Shown: in pieces, positions 54,101 through 64,000 of the stretch
Layout: the number at the start of each line of letters is the position of its first letter
How positions within the stretch are numbered: position 1 is the first letter of the stretch
Origin: Trichoplax sp. H2
Lineage: Eukaryota
Length of the DNA stretch: 64,000 bases
Direction: 5' to 3'
Assembly: GCA_003344405.1 (NCBI GenBank)
Contig: NOWV01000024.1
Coordinates: forward strand, 372,001-436,000
The notes under the pieces: model-generated
The model's input: the letters and a program-made list of their open reading frames with translations, nothing else
The model's database searches: none
Told to the model about the DNA's origin: nothing
Translations under genes and position numbers: made by a program

Positions 54101-57100
54101 TCAATGACCTGCAATAGAACGTTGCAAAATCGATTATCGGTCAGTTTTAGAGTATTGACTATTTGCAATGGCTGACACTTAAAATCGGCAATAGGACGCA
54201 AGATATAGCATAGAATCACTTTAATAACTAATTATTGTAATATAATGTAAATAAGAAATATATGTACAGAATAATTCAGTGGATTAATTAATTAATCGTA
54301 AAAAATCTTGCTATTGCGAATAGAGTTTCAATCTTTACTGGACCATTCTATCGTTCATTCTCTTTCTACATACTTACCGCTCTGACAAAAGTTGATTCTG
54401 CTCCTAAACCTTTTGCACGAACTGTATCTGTTGTTTTATCAAGCCCATCAAATTCGCAAGCATAAGTTATCACACGCGATTCCTATATATAATAGTTTAT
54501 AGACAGAGGCATAAAAAACAATATTCGATTAGTAACCTATTAAGCCAATTAAGACGATTATTGCAAAGGGTAACATGATGAGAAAAGATAATAAGTTTGT
54601 GGGCTCATTCATAAAAATTGAATACTACACCATTATGTAACTAAAAGTCCTTAGTACTTTAAAATGAAATTATACTAAAAGCAATTTATTAAACAAAATT
54701 TTCGATCTACACTTATTCTAGCCTTTATTATTTTATCCGTTAAGTAGTGAAATGATTAGATGAAACATCCATTTGGGCATGAAAGAATAGAGATGGAAGA
54801 TGGCAAACTATGAAATTGAACGATAAACGAGTATTTTAATTAACCATTCTCCCCTTGTAACGTATGGCAACGTACACTCGTTATGATTGCTTATTTATCT
54901 TAAATGCTCTAGCATTCATGTAACAGAAAGGACATTGGCAGGGAAAAGTATTTTAAAGATATCAATATTCAAGCCTAATAAAATTATGTTGGAAATAAAT
55001 CTGATCTCAAGATGATGTAATCGAGCAGCTACCGGCATTTCCTATTATGGCCATTATATTGATAGTGACAACGGCTTCTTTCACTTCTACAGTATGTTGT
55101 AGCGAGCGTACAGCAGACAAGAAAGTTGAAAAGAAAAAGATTATAAACTATCGTTGTTCAAATTCGATGAAAGGATATCTCCAAACGATGAATTCAAATA
55201 CGACGGATTTGAGAAAGAACGGAAGATGGTAAGAGTTAACGCTGATCGAGCGTACGATTGCCTACCCTTTCTACCCTAGTGATTATACAGTAATTACTAC
55301 CTATTTACCATCGATGCTCTAGTAAGGGAAAAAAGAGACAACAAAGTGCAAGAAAAAGATTGTAAACGATTGCCTACCCTTTCTATGCTAGTGATTATGC
55401 AGTAATTACTACCTATTTACCATCGATGCTCTATTAAGGGAAACAAGAGACAACAAAATGCAAGAATAAAGACTGTAAACTATTGTTGTTCAAGGTCCGA
55501 TAAAATAACTTTACAAATGATTAGAATAAGAAAGGAGAGACCAATTAAGCAAGAGTGTCAACGATCAAGAGAATCGATGCTATAAGATGATGGAGAATTG
55601 GCAATCCTTTGGACCCTAGTCATTATGACTTCTCTATCTTCTACGCTCAAGCAAGTGGACACAACCGACCAGATCGCTGAAAAGGTGGTGGGGGAATGAT
55701 TAGAAACTATCGTTCTTCAAGCCGATATAACAATAGGGGACCAATAAATAGTCCCAACACGATGGAATACCAGATGGATCAGAATAATAATAATAATAAG
55801 GGAAAACGATCAAGTGGATCAGTAATCGAGTCAAGTTGATATCGGCCGCTAAAGCATTTGCAAATTGGGTAGATGATTCCAGCGGCCGCCATCATCATCA
55901 TACTCTTTCTCCCCATGATGACATCTGACTACTGCCACTTTCTACTCCAGTAAACGCCCATACAAGAAGAAAACTCAAGAGTAAACGATCTCTACTAAAG
56001 CCTGATCAAGTTAGTCTCCTATTCTACATTCAATTACATGAAGAACAGCTCCTCTTCTTCTTTGCTCTATGCAAATAGCTGCTTAGCAATGGTGTGGTTA
56101 CGCTCGGAGTCGAGAAGTCGAGCAGGTAGAGCTCTAAAGGCAGAGCAGCCCTAGCCTAGCAATTTCCTTCCGGGAAGCAAGCTTGAAAAACAAGGCTACG
56201 AAATGATAGTAACTGATATGCATTAGAGACTAGTATGATACATGGTACTCATGCAGTATTAGATGACAGTCGAGTCAATCATCAGCGGGTCACGCCAATC
56301 ATGGCCTATAGTGTGTAGCAAACCATGCCTATTAATACAGTCTTTTATAGCGAGAGGGGTGGGCAAGACGAGAATGTATGGATAAGACCTTCACACGTCA
56401 CTCCTCTCCGTTGCTATGTTACCGCGGCAAGGGTCTATCATCAACATAAGGCCATCGGCTCTAGTACTAACCCCTTAGATAAGGGGTCTTCCAATCTCAC
56501 TTAGGAAATGCCTACCATCGCTAATATGAGTAGCAAAACCCATTTGTAGTAGTAGCACCAGCAAGAATTTATTAATAAACAAGTATTTTGCTTTATAGAC
56601 TAGGTATCATGGCAAAAAAAGAAAGAAAGGAGAATGAAGCAATCAAGATGCATTTTGTCATGAATCAAGCAAAGCTTTAATGATACGCTCGCTATTTTTC
56701 ATGGACAAATTGTATCATTCTCTTGTAGTGCAATGCTTATAGTAATTGAATATCTAGCCGAATTAGCAATCACTACTGTTGACGACTCGGTCGACATAGA
56801 ATTAGGATTTATAGCATGATAGTTATAGTTGAGCTGTATACGAATTAAGGATACATTATCCAGCATCTTGACATTAAAATAGCAGTACAAAAATATTGTA
56901 CAATAAAGATCTTAGGGGTAATTTGAATGATCAATATTGAGATTAGGTTAGCTTGCGTGATTGACATTGTATTACGATACAAAAAATCAAGCAAATTGAA
57001 GAGCATAGATACTATCCTTGCAAGAAAACTAAGATACTTTATCATAAGATTTGACCTAGATCGATAATGCCAATCTACCATCATCAATTTCATGGGATGA

Positions 57101-59294
57101 CAGAGTAGCATTGAATAGACTAGTCATATCATTGAATCAGTATCAATGTAGTAAAGTAATAGTAGCGAGCTGGCTACAAATTACATAAGTATTTCCATCA
57201 GACTGACTAACTTAGCCATATAAAATATCACTTGCAACCCGACGTTACAAAAGAATAATCGATAGATACAAGTAGTTGATGATCTTACCGGAAATCTTCC
57301 TTTGATACATCTCTTCAGTAATTCCATCTTATCCATTGTATCTGATGTAGTTTCTGAGAAATGTTCCTTCAATTTTTCGGGTAGTGATGATATGAACGAA
57401 GGATCACGAATTAAGAATAATGCTGCCATCAGCAATAATAAAAAACACATTAAGATATAGTCATTCTAAGGGTAGCTAAATAATATTTAATAATATAAAG
57501 TCACATTTATAGAACAACCGTTTGGGTTTGCTCGACGAAATGCACCATGAATAATTTCCATTTCTGTGATAGAAGTACCAAAAATCCAACCATATTCTCT
57601 CGCCAAGTATTGGGGTACATCAGATTTACCCGGAATCCAACCCGAGCGATGGCTATAAATTTAAATGACATGAATAATAAAAATCGATTATAGTTTTCTA
57701 TTTCGGTCAATTGATATGCGTGTATATATAGCAATGACGTAAAAGTATGCACACAAAATAAGATAAATTATTGCTTATTCATTTCAAACATGACACAGTA
57801 TCGAATAAGAAAAGATTGACAAGTAGTATTTTTATTAGTAGTGATGAGCATGATTATCGCTGTATCGATTAGATTATTGCCATAATATAACCTGGAAAGA
57901 TTTAGAAAAAAAGGCCACTGATTATCTTCATAGCAACGATCAATTTCACCAAGACAAATACGTAATGTTTCTTCAGACGTTGCCTCTTTAGGAACACCCT
58001 AAATTTGACATCAAAAATTATGTACTGTAGCAAATACTTTGGCGCATCCAATAAATGAAATAATTATAAAGCCTAAGCGATCATAATTACAATACACGCG
58101 TACGCTACTTAGAGATTGCAGCGTATACTCTATCATTACATTTAGAAGTGTACTCTATTAAGACCGAAAATAATATCCTATTATGTATATTACTTATATC
58201 AGAACTGATATTTACGTATAATTATTACCCATCTTAAATCGCATTCGATTAAATGCAGCTTTAGCTTTTCACACCATATTCTTAATTCAGGAAAGACCTA
58301 TCATCAAAATAATTATAACACACATATACTTAATTAAATAAATTTATAATTATGAATAGGCGCTCAATTTTACATGTCTATTGCTATATTACATCAGAGG
58401 TCATAGATATTATAATATTACTATTTCGTATTGATGGCATTACGCAAATTTTCCTCTAATATGAGCACTCATGCTTTACTGTATAGTCTCTCAAATGCAT
58501 CCAAAATTATGTTCATCCCAAAAATAGTTTCAAGTAGATTAAGGGAAAGCATGCTTTAATGCAGGGTTGCATTCAAGTAAGATTATTCTGTAATATGAAC
58601 TACTATAAACCAATTCATAAGAACAATTTGCAAGTTTTATGGCAATCTAATAATCTTTTGACTACCAGTTATATCTAAGATATTAGGATGTTTTATGCTG
58701 CAAAATATCGCATTGCTGCAACTACACTAAGGTTTTCTTAATAGTAACACACAATATCATTCAATCATAGCCCGAGTATAAAGTAATATTTATTATTATT
58801 AGTAATCGAAATACTACGTATTATACCATTAGAATTATATAATTTACCTGTTTAACAAGGACTTCTCTCTCTGCATGAAAATCTTTAAATGTAGAAGATA
58901 CAAATAATCGAATTGTTTTCCATCCACGACGTTTAAGTGCTGGCATGACAGCATCTTCTGATGTAATCGATGTAGCTCTAACTGCGTCCCAACATTCCAT
59001 CGGAGTATCCGGCTCTAGTTCACTTGCTTCTTCCAACGTTATTTCAGGCTTGGATGGCAATTCCTCCCATAATATAGTGAAAGTTTCTATTGGACCAGAT
59101 GATTTTTTAACTTTAGTACTAATTTTCTTTCTCGTTGAAGAGTTTGGACCCGCTGATGATGAATGCCCAGCATTATCATTTGATGCAGTTTGTGTGTTTG
59201 GCTTTGTATTATCAGTTGTTGTTTTTGCAACTTGGGGCGCATTATTTCCTCTTTGATTTACTACTTGCAAATTTCTGCTTGAGCTACATCCCAT
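48169..59294 (-). CDS. Paralog E: same 24-exon DUF4062-STAND-TPR gene
   Basis: ATG of MGCSSS at 59294; exon 1 58848-59294; Walker A GMAGAGKS near 52666-52690; last exon ILGPTHPSTLRTKAVLDEPGFRIIAESLERDSEND* ends at 48169. Confidence 0.88.
55255..55480. repeat. Direct repeat, about 112 bp x2, in the large intron 5 of paralog E
   Basis: cgattgcctaccctttct ... gagacaacaaa ... tgtaaa repeated almost perfectly. Confidence 0.85.
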
Positions 59295-61839
59295 CCTTGA
59301 GATTAAAATTAATATCGTATGTAAAGGAAAAGTGAGATTATAGATTTTAATCCAACAAGCTATCATGTTACCCTTATAACGTAGACATTACTGTCCTAAA
59401 ATGGACGTAAGGTAAAATTGAATTGTAAATCAATCAGAACATGCTAGCAAATGTTATCGTATCGCAATTTTAAATTTATAGCAAAACAGATATCGTATTC
59501 TTATGATACTCGACTAAGAACTAGTATCCGTAAGAGACTATTGTAAAAATTAATCTTCTTTGACTTATAAAAACATTGTTTTTAATTGATAGAAATTTCA
59601 ATAGTTATCGGAGATTAAAAGTACGGTAGTAGAGAACTGTAACGTTTAGGTTTTAAACTGTTAGAAACAACTTTCGAATTAATCATTAAAAAGATAAGAT
59701 AATTTATTACATGTATATAGTGATTGAACTTATTGCCGCTATATATAATAAGCCTAGGAAATTCTGTCTTTCTAGTCAATTTCCCTAGATGGAAATCACT
59801 GAACTATAACGTAGCTGAAGTTATCGATAAGATGTATTTCGTTTCTTGAAGAGAAATACGCAAAAAACTGATTCAATCAATAAGTATATCAAGATGTAAA
59901 TAACATTTACTATCTTACTTCCTTAGCTATAAAGGAAATTGCTTAGTTGGTTTCTAAGTATGTTCAATGATAGTTGTTGAGCTTCTCTTGCAAATGGTAG
60001 TAGTTAAAATCGACGGAGGTAACACTTAAAAGGGCGATTGCAGCGGCATATTTAAATGATACTACTGTACTACGCTAAGCAGATACAATTGTCGATTTAA
60101 ATACGAATCAACAACCTCCACTTTCTATTCTATTTCAATTTAACACTAATAATATCGCCATTAAAGCTCTTATACTAGTGTTTCTGACGTAGAATGGTTG
60201 GCATGGCAATATGGCTATGAATTAACCGAGCGTGCGTAAAAATAACTAATATTTAGCATGGCATTTATGTTGGTCATCCATTTGCAGCATAGATTTCAAG
60301 CATTTTGATCACTAGATTACTTTAAAATATTCATATATATAGAAAACTATTATATATAAGTAAATCTCGATATTTCATATAACAAATGCCTTACTTTGCT
60401 TTCTTTTAAATAACATTAAGATATATCAGCCAATTCCCTCACCTATTTAAAAACAATATCAGAGATCTAAAACAGTATATGAATGAAATATAAACAGGAT
60501 ATAACTATTTATAAGTAAAATATTAGCGAATAAATAGCATTTGGGTAAAGTTTTGAGCATAATGCGAATGTACGAATTCCAGGATGAAATACTAGCGAAT
60601 AGCACTGCCCTTAATACCATAAATTGATTGCAAGTTATTTATAGTCATTTTTCTATTCATGATTTATTTGTCATTGATATTATTTTTAGTAGCTGTCAAT
60701 ATAGAAAAGTTTTATGGACAAGAATCATAATATTAATAATTAATTTTTTTTTGAAGTATTCTAAAGTATGTTGATTGCCATTACGATTAGTAAATAAAAA
60801 ATTAACTTATTTTTAGTGGATATAAAAAATCCAATATTCCATAATTAAATTATCAGCATTAATTATCAGACAAAATAATCGACAACAAACTAGGAATAAG
60901 TTATTGTTAAGTATAACTGCAAAGTATTATGAAGCATAATGTGCTCGTCGAAAATGACTTAGGGTTAGGAACACGTAGTGCAGCCCCAAATTATCATCAG
61001 ATAAAATTAATAATGCCGGACGAAAATAGTTGAGATTAAAAGTTTGATTGTAAGATTGTGATATTATGTGTTCTAAGATGAAATTAGCCGCATGTAACAT
61101 GCATAGCCAATTATGTATAAATCGTAGATGGATGACTAAATTTAGATAACCCTTCGAGCAGTTGTATAAACCAAATTCTATATACTAAAGTGAAGCTTTA
61201 CAAGAGCTATTGTCTCATTCTGCAATAGTTTGAAGAAATTGTATCACAGAACGATATCTACCAGAGTCTATGATCTGACGGGAATATTTCGGATATAAAG
61301 TATCACTGTGAATAAAGTACCGTACGGAAAAATTCGATGAAACCATCATAAATACTGAAATCGACTGGTTTTAAAGTATCTTTAATCCTGTAAAGTATCG
61401 TAGTGTATCATGTTCCTGATGACAAACTTGCACATAGTAATAAAATAATAAGATCTAACATACAAATATAAGTTTAATTTTTGAATTTTATATACTAAAT
61501 AGGCTGGCTAAATAACAATTAATGATTTATTTAGCAATTCATTTAAGAGCAATCGATAGTCTATCTAGCAATATTATCGATTTGGCAAAGTACGTTATTT
61601 GCAAGGTTGGATAATTTCAGTTAATGAATATTCCATATAAATTTATAATTAATCAATAAATTATTTCGTTAGCATTTAAAATTATAGTAGTTATATATGT
61701 AACAAATTCAACATACCATTGCATTTTAGCAAGTTATGCTAATAATTATAATTAGCACCTGCAAAAAAAGCATATAGTTTATAAATTAAAAAAGTTATAT
61801 AATCTAATACAGCCTTTGATGTACGTACGTCGGTATTAG

Positions 61840-62164
61840 GAATTACTCTATCATCTAAAAAAAATTACTGGATCATAGCAGATTGGCTCGATGCTTATTA
61901 GAATGGACAGTCTTAGAGATTTTAGATATTGATGAATTTATTATCAAATATTACGTTCTTGGCACAAGGTAAATCCATAAGATTCCTTCCATTGCAGCTG
62001 CTTAAAAATTAAACTCGCACGAAATTTGACTGGTTAAAATTCAATTTAAGCCAGCAAATATGTCACTGTAGCTACGCGTTATAAGCTGGCATTAGAGGTA
62101 ATGTTTTATCGAATGTTAATATGAAATAGCTATCTAATAAAAAGCGAAAAGTCACCCACTTTCT
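61840..62164 (+). pseudogene. Inverted, decayed fragment of exons 17-18 of a D-like paralog
   Basis: Plus strand reads ...LLDHSRLARCLLEW...RSWHK|gt, then an intron resembling D 35861-35940, then a decayed AGGYATAATLY...KWKVARF exon with frameshifts and stops. Confidence 0.8.
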
Positions 62165-62929
62165 TTTAACCGAGCATTGTAAATACAATACAAAGAGATG
62201 GATCGATATATTTTCAATCTGTAATTTCATTTCTATATTCTTGGATAAAATTAAGAATTCAAGGCCAAAATTAATGTTATGGATTTGAAGTAAATTATGT
62301 ATTATGTTTACTCAGCGTTTAAAATAGTTTAATTATGTTACAAATAGATGCATTCCGCAGTCAAACAAATTTTTATTACCTTTTCCCTGTTTAACTAACT
62401 GCTGCATTATCTTCGCCGCAAAAGAAAAATTCTGCAAACATAGTGGTGATACATCAGTTTATTTCCGTAACACTTAACCGTAACCCTGTGCAAATTGCCA
62501 GTTTTATAGCATACAATTATTTGCCTTAATGCTAACATATTATATCCGGCATAACTTTTAACTATTTTACTTTGTAGTAAAACAATATATAATTATGTGG
62601 ACTGTGGTAATGCATAAATGGCGAAGATAGCAGATAGACCGAGAAAATACGTTACATGATACATACCGTGATTTATTGTGGCTCGCTTGCTGCTATAAGC
62701 GTAGGAAGTTTTAATATACATAATTGCAGTAAGACACTTCAACAATCAACGAATGTTGGATTAAACACTAGTAATTTATTCTAACGATAAGCTATTATCA
62801 TACATAAATTCCGTCATACTATACTTTATATAGCATACAACGTGCAAGTATATTAAGATTACGTAGCAACAGCTAACTATTTTAGCCATGATCTAACCGG
62901 TTTATGTGAATCCTCAAGGTTGTATAGCA

Positions 62930-63925
62930 AAAATGAAGAGGATGAGCAACTGAACCTTTGTAACTAATCATGCAAAGCTTAAATTACAAGTTGCTCATTG
63001 ACAAGCCGCATCATTTTCTTATCGTACAATGCCTATAGTAATTGAATGCCTAGCTGATTTATGAATCACTGCTAACATTTCTGTTTAAGCAGAATCATAG
63101 CTTATCTTTAGAAAAGTAACATAAGTTGTATTGGACATAAATTAGTTATTAAACGCCTTGAGATCAGATAACGGTACAGCACTATCGTAAATAAGGAGGT
63201 TCAAGTGATTTTATTGATCGACGTTTGTTTAGATTTACTTTCTGGTTAACACTGTATAACGATGACGTATGTGAAATCAAGCGAATAGACGAGCACAGAT
63301 ACTATACTTATAACATAACAAAGGTACCCAGGATACGTTATCGTAAGGTTTTACAAACAGTATATCAATAATATTAATCAGCCATGGTCAATTTAATTGA
63401 CTGACAGAATAAGATCCGAAAGATTAGTCACATCATTTAATTAACATTAATCTAGTAGGGTAGTAGTAGCCAGCTGGCTAATAAATTCACAAGTATTTCA
63501 ACCAGACTGAATTTACCGGATAAATATCACTTGCAATCCGACGTTGCAAAGGAATGATCGATAGATACAAATAGTTGTATATTCTTACCGAAAACCCTCC
63601 TTTGATACATCTCTTAGTAATTCCGTCTTATGCGTTGGATCCAATGTAGTTTCTGATAAATCTTCCTTTGAATTTCAAGTAGTGATGATATAAATGAAGG
63701 ATCTTGACTTAAGAATAATGCTGCAGTGAACAATAATGAAAAAAACTTTAAGATATAGTCATACTGCAGGTAAGTTGATGTACCGTAGTTGAATAATGAC
63801 ATTTAATAATACCGATATACCATCAGATAATTCCAACAACCGTTTAGGTTAACTTAAAGAAATACGCTACGAATAATTTCCATTTCTGTAATAGAAGTAC
63901 CGAAAATCCGACTATATTCTCTTGC
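62930..63925 (-). pseudogene. Degenerate duplicate of paralog E exons 4-5 plus the adjacent intron
   Basis: 63587-63722 aligns by eye to E exon 57287-57423 (ALFLSQDPSFISSL...) with frameshifts; 63840-63925 is a decayed SITEMEI exon; intronic 62930-63586 resembles 56640-57286. Confidence 0.8.
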
Positions 63926-64000
63926 GAAGTATTCACTTACGATAACATCAACTGTAAGACTTGGTTACACCAGTAGTGTTAGCGTTAATGTGACTTAACA

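Noticed and set aside
4511..59294. Assigning a gene symbol (TEP1, NPHP3, TTC41, NWD1)
   Set aside because: The domain combination overlaps each of these but orthology cannot be established without phylogeny.

Overview
AT-rich, intron-dense eukaryotic DNA. The compact introns and low GC suggest a basal metazoan such as a placozoan, but this is inference only. The window is dominated by a head-to-tail tandem array of paralogous multi-exon genes on the minus strand: four complete copies (B 4511-14496, C 17264-29254, D 33590-44039, E 48169-59294), the 5' end of a fifth (A, running off the left edge), and decayed copies at the right end (an E-like pseudogene and an inverted D-like fragment). Each gene encodes a protein of roughly 1,100-1,200 aa (1,135 aa for B from my exon reconstruction). 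The architecture is: N-terminal MGCxS lipidation motif, length-variable low-complexity linker, DUF4062 domain (TEP1-like), STAND/NACHT-like P-loop NTPase with helical/winged-helix region, and a divergent TPR-like C-terminus. This is an NLR-like, TEP1/NPHP3-related design evolving by birth-and-death. Other features: a sequence gap flanked by two near-identical copies of one exon, one of them interrupted by a 369-bp solo-LTR-like insertion with a 5-bp TSD; an intronic tandem amplification of an exon/donor junction; a small palindromic MITE-like family; several minisatellites; and possible unrelated pseudogene relics (one CLC-channel-like). Exon coordinates were read by eye and could be off by a few bases.
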